This document shows positions 41,637-53,683 of a stretch of DNA of 64,000 bases, in pieces (positions within the stretch are counted from its first letter, which is position 1; each line of letters opens with the position of its first letter). The notes under the pieces are model-generated. The model was not told the origin of the DNA. It worked only from the letters and a program-made list of their open reading frames with translations, and searched no databases. This DNA comes from Takakia lepidozioides. Its lineage: Eukaryota > Plantae > Bryophyta. The position numbers and the translations under genes were made by a program. The stretch spans positions 5,146,001-5,210,000 of the forward strand of contig CM060733.1 in assembly GCA_030704615.1 (NCBI GenBank). The letters are read 5' to 3'.

Positions 41637-41975
41637 ATGGAAACAAAGGCTTTATTAATGGCCATGTTCCTGTTCGCCACGGTTGTGGCGCTGCCTGTGA
41701 AGGCTATGCACATGTGCACCATTGAGAATAAGTCTCAAGTCGACTTCATGATTAATAAGGATATTTCATGTAAAGCGGGTGAGACCATTCTTATAGAGAT
41801 TGATGGTTTCTGCAGCTTCCATAACATGTTCTGGAACTCTGATGCCCATGCAGATTTCACGAAAATTCACCGCTGTACGATCCTGGATATGTATGATGGG
41901 CGCCACAGGCACCACCACCACTGCAAGTTCGTCGATGACGCTTTCAATCCCCCCAAGGTCCTTTTCGAACTGTGA
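41637..41975 (+). CDS. Small secreted Cys/His-rich protein of unknown function
   Basis: 112-aa ORF with signal peptide METKALLMAMFLFATVVALPVKA, five Cys and an HRHHHH tract; good ATG context (GCAATGG). Confidence 0.7.
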   Translation: METKALLMAMFLFATVVALPVKAMHMCTIENKSQVDFMINKDISCKAGETILIEIDGFCSFHNMFWNSDAHADFTKIHRCTILDMYDGRHRHHHHCKFVDDAFNPPKVLFEL

Positions 41976-43849
41976 AGGTGGGTCGATCCTCCAAACTACA
42001 TATTTGTCTTAAGCTGATTTCGAGCACACTGCCATCTTGCTCTATAACGAGGAGTCAACTGTTGTGCAGGGCACAGTGCAGGCTGCGATAGTGCACCATA
42101 ATTAATCTAACTCGGAAATATATCGTGAACTTGGTGCTATTATCATGTTATCTATTTCTGTCTTAAGTATGCCGTGGAAGTGAATGAAGCAATGACCCAA
42201 CGGATTTTCAGTAAGCTTCATTCACAAATCTTTGTTGAGCTTATCCTGTTCCTTTCTCTTCTTATGATCTGACAGGCCACAAGAACAAGCGGAATCCACG
42301 ACAACTTTGTGCAGGATTTCATGTACAGCCATCGACAGATACGGAGGTCGAGGTTGACTGCAAATTGAGACAGGTCCATACTGAATATGGATTGGTCAGT
42401 TAAGAGCTCATATATTCGACGGATGGGCAGTCAGGCAGCAGATCATAAACTTCAACTCCAGGATGTAGATCCACGGGTGTACATACATAGACTTTAAGCT
42501 CACTTCAGTGAGCACTTCTGGGGAAGATAGACAAATTCTAGGCAGTTTTTGTCGGTCAGACTCGCTAGAGTGCTTCGAAGTAGACAGCAGTCGACCTGTG
42601 CAGGTAGGTAGTAGCGACCAAACAACTCATGTACATATCGTTTTGTGCTAAATAATAAATTCTGGTGAGGTATGATCTCCTCGACTGCCATATAAAGGTC
42701 CAACTTCTCAGCGGACTACACAGAGAAGTGCAACAACTTGTCCGCGAGATCTGAACTGCGAAAGACTTCTGACTGTGCATAAGTCTTGAACTGAGATGCT
42801 TGATAGCCACATCTACATCGGAAACTGAACGGAAACTTGTATCAAGCTTTCTCAAGTCCTTCGACCAGCTCGATCTCTAGAGCTGTCTCTCTGCCGTAGC
42901 AGCACAATACTGGAGCCATGCTTGTTATCCTACTATGTCTGCAAGTATGATCCAGGTTTTAGAACCAGCTCTAATACACTGTCCCAGGCAGTTGATGATC
43001 TGCTAGTGGGAATGTGCTTGTGTGTTTCATACCATCCATTAATTAATTGTGCCGGCAACCTTCAAGTAGTTGGCGCGCGGGACTCCACGCAAGCAGGAAA
43101 ATACAACCCCGTTGGAAAACATTTATCCCATATCGTTTTCCCCAAACTTGATCGCATAGTAGTATATAATGCTACTCCTCTCTCATCTTTCTTCACAGTC
43201 GCGTGCTCAGCACATAGCGAACTATTCTTTCGCCTTTTACTAAAGGATACCGTGCGCGGGGCGCAAACAGCGACATACACCAAATTTTTGGCTGCCCCCT
43301 CCCGGGGCCCTCCAAATAAATCAAGAAGGACATTGTCCGGTCTCTACAAACGAGTATTTCTACTTTAGATGTTCAAAAAAATAACAAGCCGGTTCCATGT
43401 TTTAAGAGTGTACACAAAATTTTAAAATGTCGGTACTCAACAAACTCAACAGACGCAAGAGTTAGGATTTGCAGACGGTGATCTGCACCAACCCTGATTT
43501 TGACTGGCGGATTGTCGTATGGTATGTCTTCGTTTTCGCCTTGTACCCTGAACCCTTCATAGGACCTATAATATATGCAAGCTAAATAAATGCCAAAAGA
43601 AAAATTTAGAAGTACAAAAGAACTTGGTAGGGGGACAGACACAGTGTGCCACTTCAGTTGATATTGGCATGGAATTCTCTACACATGGTTGAGAAAGAGA
43701 GTTAGCACATCACAGGTAGCTATATAAAATATTCTATGTGTAAAATTATTGTACAAGGAAGAACAAGCTCATGTGAAATGTGATGGGACATACAGCTTGT
43801 TGTTAGGCGCTGGTAAAATGCAGAGAGAACATTCTGCTGCTCAGATGGA

Positions 43850-44565
43850 TCTCACCTGCCAGCTGCAGCAATATAGATGTTTGATAACAATTGTAAATTC
43901 AGTGGAGGAGGAGGTGTCATAGGGGTCATGCAAAACCAATGGCCAGCTTCTCACTGTGGTGGCAAAGAGAAAATTCTTTTTCCTCCTCCCCCACATCATG
44001 CAATACAAAGCATGTGTCAAGCACATACCCCACCTCCTTCATCTGCCCAGACAATCTTCTCAGGTCAGCATGGATTTCCTTAATTCTGGGATGCAACTTG
44101 TCATCTACAACGAAGATGTGCACCCTGTTGCCAACCTCAATGCAAAAGCGACCTGGCTCCTTTCTAATCCCTCTGACCTTAATTATTTTTCTCACCTTTG
44201 CAGTATCATCCCACCTGCCAGCTGCAGCATAGATGTTTGATAGCAACACATAAGTCGCGGCATCATGTTCATCCATTTGAGGATAGATGATGCCACATGT
44301 TCAGCCATCTCCACATTGCCATGGATTCGGCAGGCACCCAGCAAGGCCTTCCACACCACAACATCTGGATTGATCGACATTTTATTAATCAGGTCCACTG
44401 CCTTATCCAGTTGTCCCGCACGTCCAAGAAGGTTCACCATGCAGCCAAAGTGTTTTATTGTCGGAGTAACACCATGATTTTGACTCAGGGAATCGAAGTA
44501 GCGTCTTCCTTCATTCAGTAGGCCAGTGTGGCTGCATGCAGAGAGAACACATATAAAGGTGATAC
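43850..44565 (-). pseudogene. PLS-class PPR-E-DYW pseudogene, 3' part
   Basis: DSITFICVLSACSHTGL..HFGCMVNLLGRAG..WKALLGACRIHG..YVLLSNIYAAAGRW..KEPG..HPRIKEI..GYVLDT..HSEKLAIGF. Frameshift near 44275; DYW truncated after HSEKLA. Confidence 0.93.
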
Positions 44566-47500
44566 TGTCGCGGCCCTTTGCCTTGAGGGCAGGGGGTCGG
44601 GACACATGAGGGGCTGCCCCTGTGGTGGGGGCAGCGGCAGCGATAGGTATGGGGGGGCTGAAGCACCCTTGAGTGCCCAAGGCACTCAAGGAGGCGGAGG
44701 CGCTCACTAGGTGGAGCCCCGCACACCGGGTTGCGGTGGAGGTGGCTCCACAAGGGGTGGTGGTAGCTTAGTGGGACTTAGTGGGGGTGGCATAGGACTC
44801 ACCATGGGGTGGAGACCTCGAGGTGGGAGTCGTGGGGAGTCTTGGGACTCATCACGGTCCATTGGGGCCGCGGTGAGTGGGCCAAGACTCACCGCGACTC
44901 ACCACCGGGAGTCGAGGGTTTTCGTGGTGGTTCGCCATAAAATGGCATGGCTGGTTATGAATCCCCCGCGGACAGCTACAGAAGTAAATATAGGGAGTAG
45001 TAACCCCGAGAACGGTGCAAGCCCGTTGGCGACCAAAAACTAGTGAGTAAGCGAGCGAGCCGGAAAGCGACCAAAGAGTGGGGAGCTGTTCCGGACTGCC
45101 ATCTACCAAAGGGAATTCTCCTAGTCCCAAATAGGTGGAGGGTTTAGAGGGAAGCGGAAGGGGACCGTTATGTCCCGGTGAGCAGCCGAAACTCCAAGTT
45201 GGCCCGGCGGCCAGGTTGGGAGTCAGGCGCGCACATCAAAGCGAGTAACTATGACTTGAAGGGGAGTTTACCGAACTGAGGTGTGCGACACTTGGTATCA
45301 GAGCTTAGAGTTCAGTACGCAATCGTCCTTGGGATTGGCCTCATCATGGGGTCGGGCAAGCCGAAGCGAAAGCGGAACGGCCCAAAAGATGATGATCCCG
45401 GTGAGCCCGATGGGGGCGACGTGTCACCGAGGCGGCCGTTTGAGGAAGCGATTAATGTTTCCGAAAACGAGGCCGCTCAGGAGCGGGAGGAATCCGAGGA
45501 GTCGGAGCCCGAGGAATCTTTGAGAGCTCCGACAAACCAAGAGATGCCTCCCATGCCGGCAGCCTTTTGGGAAGGGTTGTTGGCGCAGTTTGGCGGGACG
45601 TTGAAAGACGTGTTGAAGGCGGCTAATGCCACTTCCACCAAGGCAAAGTTTAAGGTGAAGCCTAAGGAACTCGGCACCTTCGAGGGCGTTCGAAACCGGA
45701 AGGCACTCAACACCTGGCTCCTGGAGCTAGAGCAGTACTTCCGGGCGGCCAAGTTGAGTGACGAGGATCGGGTGGAAGTGGCTCCCACCTATTTGAGGGG
45801 CTATGCTCAACAATGGTGGCAGAAACGCCTTCACGACCGAGGCCCAAGCCCGGAAACCTTGAACTGGAGTGAGTTCAAGGAATTGATGAAGAGACAGTTT
45901 GTGCCCCTCAACGCATCCTGGCTTGCCCGGGACAAGATGAGGAATTTGAAGCAAACAGATGACATTCGGGGGTATGTCCAGGCTTTCAATGTGCTGTTGC
46001 TCGAAGTCGCGGACATGGCAGAACCAGAAATGGTCTTCAACTTTGTGGCGGGACTGGCCCCATGGGCTAGGCGGAAGTTGGAGGAGAAGCCACCCAAGAC
46101 TTTGAACGAGGCAATTGAGAGAGCTGAATGTTTCTCGGATGTCCCTAAGGGTGAGAGACAAGGCCGTACGGAGCTGAACCACAAGAAGACCCGGCGGGAA
46201 GGTGACTCCTCCCGACCGGAAAAGAAGTGGGATAGGCCACGCGGCGAAAATGGCACGTGGAAATCGAAGGGAGGTCCTTCACACGTCAAGGCGGCACCCG
46301 GTGCTTCGAAAGGAAAAGCGGGTGGAGCGAGTTATGGCGGACAGAAGGCGACCTTTGATGGAGTGTGTTTCAATTGCGGGGAGCCCGGGCACATGGCCAA
46401 GAAGTGCACGAAGCCCCGGCAATTGAACATGACTCGGGCGACCACGGAGCTGTCGGAAGATACCATCAGTCGCTTGGTGGAAGCGGTGGTCGCCAGGACT
46501 TGCAAGGTAGGCAAATTTTCTTGTGAGTTGTATCAGGAAACTGGCGCCTTACGAAAAGGGAGTCAGTTATTGTTCGTGGATGGGATAATATCCGGAACTA
46601 ATGTGTCGTTGTTGGTGGACACAGGAGCGTCGCACTCCTTCATGACGCCGGCGGCGGCGCGAAAGTTGGGACTCCCGACAAGTGACGTGGGGGCCTCTAT
46701 TGAGGTGCGCTCTGCCAAAGGAGAACCTCAGTTGGCGACAAGGTTGGCGTTTGATGTTCCTCTTCAACTGGGGAGTTGGGAGGGACGTGAGAACTTCACT
46801 ATCTGCGAGATCGATGGAGTGGATCTCATTTTGGGAATGACCTTTTTGAGCAAATCCGGAGCGGTCATAGATGGCCGCAAGAGAGTAGTCACGCTGCCAT
46901 GTGGGAATGGTGGCGAGGTTTTACGAGTGTCGGAAACGCCCAAATCCGTGGGAGGGCGAATAAACCTTCTATCAGCAAAGGAGTGGGCCGTGGAGGAGAC
47001 ACACGAGTCCCAGTTTTTGCTTTACATTAGAGAAGTGAAAGGAGAAGGCGATGGGGAGCCGAGCCCAGATTGGATCAAGGGGATTTTGGAGAAATACCAG
47101 GATGTGATGCCGGAGGATTTACCAAGCGGCTTGCCACCGCGAAGAGGAGTTGACCACAAAATTGAGGTGATACCGGGATCGGAACCGCCTGCCAAGGCGC
47201 CCTACCGGTTGAGCCACAAAGAGTTGGTCGAGCTGAAGACTCAGCTCAAAGATCTAATGTCAAAGGGGTACATCCGGCCGAGTAAGTCACCTTACGGAGC
47301 CCCGGTGCTATTTGCAGACAAGAAGGATGGGACGCTGCGGATGTGTGTCGATTACAGGGCTCTGAATAAGGTGACTATCAAAAACCGGTACCCTTTGCCA
47401 AGGATCGACGACCTCTTCGATCGGTTGGCAGGAGCGAAGTATTTCAGCCGGATCGACTTGCGCTCCGGCTATCACCAAATTCGGGTGGCGGAAGGAGATG

Positions 47501-50500
47501 AGGAGAAGACCGCGTGCAGGACAAGGTATGGTTCATATGAGTTCTTGGTGATGCCTTTTGGGCTCACCAATGCACCAGCGACATTTAGCACGCTGATGAA
47601 CAGCCTTTTCCAGGAGTGGTTGGATGACTTTGTGATCGTGTACATCGACGACATCTTGGTGTACTCGAAAACAAAGGAGGAGCACCTGGAGCACCTCAAA
47701 AGGGTGTTCCAAAAATTGCGAGAAGGGAAGCTGTATGCCAAAGCTTCAAAGTGCGAATTCGGGGTCACAAAAGTGGAGTTCTTGGGGCACGTGATTACAC
47801 AGGATGGGATCAAAATGGATGACAGAAAGGTGAGGGCGATCTTGGACTGGGAGCCTCCGACTTCGGTCCCGGGAGTGCGATCCTTCCTAGGACTCGCCTC
47901 CTATTACCGGAAGTATGTGAGAAATTTCGCCAAGATCGCGGGGCCGCTGTCGGACCTTCTGTGTAAATCCAAAGTCTGGGTATGGAACACATTTTGTGGC
48001 CAAGCTTTTGCTGAATTGAAGCAGCGGATGACGGAAGCTCCAGTCTTAAAAATCCCGGAGTTCGATCGTCCGTTTGAGATTCATACAGATGCATCGGACT
48101 TCGCAATTGGGGGTGTACTTATGCAAGATGGACGTCCAGTGGCTTACGAAAGTAAGAAACTGAATGAAGTGGAGCGACGGTGGCCGACGCACGAAAAAGA
48201 GATGAAGGCGGTGGTACATTGCCTTGAACTCTGGCGCCACTATGTTGGTTCCAACCCAGTGAAGGTGTTCACGGACAATGTCACGGTGAAGTATTTTGCC
48301 ACGCAGCCCAAGTTGTCCCCAAAACAACTTAGGTGGCAAGATACTTTGGCAGTGTTCGACGTGGATATCCAGTACAAACCGGGACGGGACAATGTGGTGG
48401 CCGATGCTTTAAGTAGAAAGCAGCAGCTCTTGTTGGTGTACAAGGGCGAGACGGCGCTCCAAAGGAAGATCCGGAAGGCTTGCCGGAAGGATGAGCTGGC
48501 AAAGTGCGTGATGCAAACTTGAGAATGGGGGTTAAATCGCAGTTCCACTTGCAAAACGGACTGCTCCGGTATAAGCAAAAACGTCTCTATGTGCCAAAGG
48601 GAGGGATCAGGGATAGTCTCTTGAGAGAATGCCATGATAGCCCGCTTGCGGGCCACGGTGGAGCCAAGCGCACTGCGGCACTCTTGAAGAAAGAGTATTT
48701 CTGGCCCAAACTGAGGGAGGAGGCAGAGGAGTATGTAAAGACATGCACCACATGCCAACAAAACCGGAGCGAGTATAAAAAGCAAGCGGGGCTGTTACAA
48801 CCCTTGCCGATTCCAGAGGGGACTTGGGAAAGCGTCTCGATGGATTTCATGACTGCTATGCCGCTGTCAAAAGGATTCGATGCAATCATGGTGGTGGTAG
48901 ATAGGTTCAGTAAAATGGCCCATTTCATCCCCACCAAGGAGACGGCAACTGCGCAGGAGACAGGGCGACTTTACTTCGCCCACGTCTTAAAGCATCATGG
49001 AGTCCCGAAGGATATTGTCTCGGACCGCGACCCAAAGTTTACGAGTAAATTCTGGAGAGCACTTTGGAAGAAGATGGGGACGAGGCTGAAGATGAGCACC
49101 GCCTTCCGACCTACGACGGACGGCCAAACGGAAAGAGTGAATTCCGTAGTGAAGCAATTCTTGCGGAATTACGTGTCGGCAGACCAATCAGACTGGATGG
49201 AACACTTAGACGCGGCAGAGTTCTGTTATAATAACACAGAACACTCCGCGACGGGAGTTTCCCCTTTTGTGTTGGTCTATGGAAAAGCACCTCTGGTGCC
49301 GACAAGTTGGGCCGCCCAGGACGTTGAGGAACCGGCAGTAGCGGCGGTACTGGAAGAACGCGAGCGTTTGTTGAAGCTCGCAAAGTACAACATTGCCAAA
49401 GCTAGGAAACGGTATGAAAGGCAGGCGAATCGGAAGCGGAGGGAAGTGAAGTTTGAGGCAGGCACAGAGGTCTGGTTGAACATCAAGAATTTTCGACTAC
49501 CTCCGGAAATGAGTCCGAAGTTCGTACCTCCGTATGCGGGTCCCTTTCGCATTCGGAGGGTTATGAATGAGGATGTGTATGAATTGGAGCTGCCAGCAAA
49601 CAGCAAGGTGCACCCAGTATTCCATGTCTCCCTTTTGAAGCCTTACTTCAAAGATGAAGCACGTCCGAATCGGCAGCAAGTGTTGCGTCCGCCACCTATG
49701 CTGTTGGATCATGAAAATGAACCCGAGTACGAGGTGGAGGCAATACTTAAGTCGAGGAGGTTCAAGAACCGAGAAACGGAGTATCTCGTCAAATGGAAGG
49801 GCTATCATCTTGTGGAGGCATCTTGGGTGCGTGCCTCAGAAATGGGAAACGCATCCGAGGCAGTTGCAGCGTTCGAAGGGCGACCTCAAAAGCGGAAGAA
49901 GCGTTGATGGGGACATCAACCTTGGAGCGTGGGGGAGGAAATGCATGCTTAGCCCGGTTTAGCTAGCTCAGGAATCCGATTGCAAAAACTTGTATTGTAC
50001 AAAAATTTGTGATAAAGGAAATGGGTTCCAAATATTGTGCGTCCTATTGTGTTTGGAATGGTGATGCATGGTGTGGTTGGCTGGTGTGTAGAATGCATGC
50101 TAGCTTACAAAAGTGGGAGAGGTAAATTGGGTTAATCGTGTGTTTGCGCAGTGCCGAAATCGGGTGACTCCCATCCAAGGGGCAAGGAAACTTGCGCCTT
50201 ATTTGGGAGTTCAAGTGCTAGTGCGCACCTGGCGCGTGCGCGTACTATAACTGCGCTACCGAGGGGGTTGCCTTGTAGTGCGGGCTAACGCGGAAGCTAC
50301 GTGCTTCCGTTCACGTACTATAATCGTGTAGCCTCGGGACGAAGTCGTAGTGCGGCTTCGGCGTGTTCCCGTACCTCAGGCCAGCATTCCAAGGCGGACC
50401 CAATTGTAGTGATTGGGGCGCACGGTTGGTTCAAGGTTATCTTCCTAGTCAAAGAGGGTTCCAGGTGAACCCTTGCTCAAGGTGATGCCAAAAGCGGCAT

Positions 50501-51537
50501 CATGAGCGATCGCAAGCAATGTTGTTGCAGTAAGGCGATTCGATCCTCGGGGAGGATCGTTCCTTGGCCTTGAAGTAGGCCAAGAAGAGTGCACTGGGAG
50601 GAGCTGGAGAGGCTCCACCCTTGGCCGGGACTTGGAGGAAGTCGGCCGAACTAGCTAGTGGAGAGTGGAGTCAAGTGTGGGGTTTGGTTCTTTGCCATGG
50701 GACGCCATGGTACGAAAACAAACTCCTTGATGTGGGACGCCACAACTTGGATGTTCGTTTCTACAAAATGGACAAGTCGATGAGGACATCGACTCCCTGT
50801 TGGTAGGGGTGTGTGTCGCGGCCCTTTGCCTTGAGGGCAGGGGGTCGGGACACATGAGGGGCTGCCCCTGTGGTGGGGGCAGCGGCAGCGATAGGTATGG
50901 GGGGGCTGAAGCACCCTTGAGTGCCCAAGGCACTCAAGGAGGCGGAGGCGCTCACTAGGTGGAGCCCCGCACACCGGGTTGCGGTGGAGGTGGCTCCACA
51001 AGGGTGGTGGTAGCTTAGTGGGACTTAGTGGGGGTGGCATAGGACTCACCATGGGGTGGAGACCTCGAGGTGGGAGTCGTGGGGAGTCTTGGGACTCATC
51101 ACGGTCCATTGGGGCCGCGGTGAGTGGGCCAAGACTCACCGCGACTCACCACCGGGAGTCGAGGGTTTTCGTGGTGGTTCGCCATAAAATGGCATGGCTG
51201 GTTATGAAACCCCCGCGGACAGCTACAGAAGTATATATAGGGAGTAGTAACCCCGAGAACGGTGCAAGCCCGTTGGTGACCAAAAACTAGTGAGTAAGCG
51301 AGCGAGCCGGAAAGCGACCAAAGAGTGGGGAGCTGTTCCGGACTGCCATCTACCAAAGGGAATTCTCCTAGTCCCAAATAGGTGGAGGGTTTAGAGGGAA
51401 GCGGAAGGGGACCGTTATGTCCCGGTGAGCAGCCGAAACTCCAAGTTGGCCCGGCGGCCAGGTTGGGAGTCAGGCGCGCGCATCAAAGCGAGTAACTATG
51501 ACTTGAAGGGGAGTTTACCGAACTGAGGTGTGCGACA
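44566..51537 (+). mobile_element. Full-length Ty3/Gypsy chromovirus, Galadriel-like; LTRs 44566-45290 and 50814-51537
   Basis: TGTCGC..GCGACA LTRs of 725 and 724 bp. TSD GATAC at 44561-44565 and 51538-51542. tRNA-iMet PBS TGGTATCAGAGC at 45293-45304; PPT before 50814. The clade call rests on recalled gag, RT and RNase H motifs. Confidence 0.97.
45346..49907 (+). CDS. Gag-Pol polyprotein (Gag, CCHC, PR, RT, RNase H, IN, chromodomain) with a 1-bp frameshift at ~48515
   Basis: [49 protein letters not shown] integrase core, chromodomain [15 protein letters not shown]. Adding one A to CAAAC (48514-48518) fuses the two ORFs. Confidence 0.95.
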
Positions 51538-51850
51538 GATACTGTCCGGCTTCAAGCTGTTCTTTTACATTCCTTCAAATAGTTGCAGGACCTCCCTATA
51601 ACAACCATGCTGTGGGCATATCCTGCGATCATTGCATTCCACGACACCACACTTCATTCAGTCACATTGTCAAATAATCCCTTTGCATCCTCAATGCACC
51701 CCTTCCCCCATCATTTGTTCATAGGTCTCCAAGTCCTCCATCCCACGCCCCTGCTGTGCCTATCCTACAAGCATGACGTTCCATGACACCACATCTCGTT
51801 TAGCCATATTGTTGAACACTCCCTCCGCATCCTCAATGCTCCCATATTGG
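51538..51850 (-). pseudogene. PPR pseudogene, 5' part (continuous with 43850-44565 across the TSD)
   Basis: YGSIEDAEGVFNNMAKRDVVSWNVML..VVSWNAMIAGYA..LKPDS joins SITF at the TSD. Contains stops and an internal deletion. Confidence 0.9.
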
Positions 51851-52689
51851 CGAGGGTAGCTACCGTGTGAGCAGCTCATGTGAGCACGCTCACGCTTTAA
51901 GTGGTAAACGTGAGCAGAATCCCTTAAGCGTGAGCAGATTGCAAGAGTGAGCAGATTAGTGAATGGGAGCCTACAACCGAGAGAAGAAGATGGCCTATTG
52001 CCGTGGACAAAAACTACACTGCACGGACGCAATCTCCACCCCATCCGACGGAAGAATCTTTGTTGGGTGACGACCATATGGTACGAATATACGATAAAAA
52101 GCTGTCGGGTGAATGGTTTTGAGATGAATGAAAAAAAGAATGGATGATTCAGATACGTATGTTTGTCTCTTGCTTAAGTGCATCAAGATGGAAGCTGGAC
52201 AGCAGGTGCACACTCATTGTCTTCTTGTTTTGGAGTCTGTAGAGCCTCTGTCAAGCTGTCTGCCGCACAAAGTATCTTCACATGCCCAGAAGTGCCAGAA
52301 GAGGCATTATGGACTCCTTCTCTTGATCCTCTTTCAGAAGCTGTGGTCATGGTTAAGGTGCCTGATTTTATCAACTGTGCCACTGCAGCTGCTGCCTTAA
52401 GTTGACCATCTACCCATGCAGGTTTATTGTAGCTATTGATCCACATGGAATCATAGGTCATCTGAAGCTTGAAGTCGGCCCTCTTGGATGAATCTGTCCA
52501 CCCACACACTATCCCTGCTCCTTCGGCTATCCATGCCTCTGCACAAATCATACATACATCCTTGTCTTGCTGCTATCAGCTAATAATGACAGCCTAGATT
52601 TGTTCTAGGAAACACCGAACTCAACTTACTCACTCTAGTTCCTATGCTCAATTGCATCTGCTACTCTCTGTAATCCAACAGGCATTCAC

Positions 52690-53200
52690 CACTAGAAGAG
52701 AAACTGGCTTTTTCCACGGCTTCTTCCACACTTTTTGCTGTGGAATCAGCCGCAATCCACACATGTCGTGGGTGTAAGAAACGACTAGTGCTTTCGGACA
52801 CCCCGTGGACGGCCTGGCTCTTGGGTGGCCATGTGGAAAAGTCCACGGGTGGCTTTTTTCACAGGGTGAATGGCTTTTTCCATGGGCGACGTGTGCTTTG
52901 GCGAACACCGCCACGTGGATCCTAAACGAACAAAGGGTGTGGACTTGTCCACACCTACGGGAAAATTATGCGACAGCCTGTCACCATGGCTTGACGACAT
53001 CTGGGCAACGGTTTGGGCTCCATGTGTATTTTTGTCAGGGCGACACGTGGCATATTTTGGAGCAACTCTTGGTGTGGATGTTGAGTATTTTACTACCTAT
53101 TTTGTAGGTCATTCCACATAATTGTCGAGAAGACCATTGCGGGTGTGAAATATACTACGGCCTACGTTGTAGGACATTCCACATAAATATGGAGGATACC
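52690..53200 (+). mobile_element. Left end of a CACTA-like transposon
   Basis: CACTAGAAGAGAAACTGG followed by dense TCCAC/GTGGA direct and inverted subterminal repeats. No matching right end was found. Confidence 0.55.
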
Positions 53201-53683
53201 ACAGTTCACCATAGGTTGTTTGTGGTCAGTATCACGATCTAAAGACACCTAAACACAATTCCAAAGCATCACGGCAACAACCTGCTCATGACATGAAGAA
53301 CTGACTAAGCATGGCCAGAACAACAGATAGAATGAGCAGATGCAACGATAATTCAAAATTACATAAGTGCTTTATTGCCCAAATACACTTCAGTCTGACA
53401 TCAAAGAGTCTAAGTTTAAGTTGAGTCTGAGATCAAAGATCCGAGTCTGAGTCTGAGGCAGAGGCCAGGCTGCGCAATGCAGCCCAGCACAAAGGTTCAG
53501 CCTAAAGCTCCAAAAACCGACATTTGTTTGTTTTCCAAGTTCCTGCATAAGATGCACCAACCAACATTGCATTGTGAGACACTCACTATACTCCAAAGCT
53601 ACCAGGGAAGGTCACTGAGCAACCTGCCAAGGCGGAAACACCTGAATCTGGACCCACACTATATCCCTGCTCTTTCAGCTATC

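Noticed and set aside
42400-43400. ORFs between the secreted-protein gene and the PPR pseudogene
   Set aside because: No recognisable domain or consistent splice structure.
45165-45200. Hammerhead ribozyme in the LTR (CCGGTGAG..CGAAAC)
   Set aside because: The core is not CUGANGA and no convincing stems I-III were found.
52140-52220. Plus-strand PPR-like scrap (DTYVCLLLKC..GQQVHTH)
   Set aside because: Too short to support, and on the opposite strand to the PPR pseudogene.
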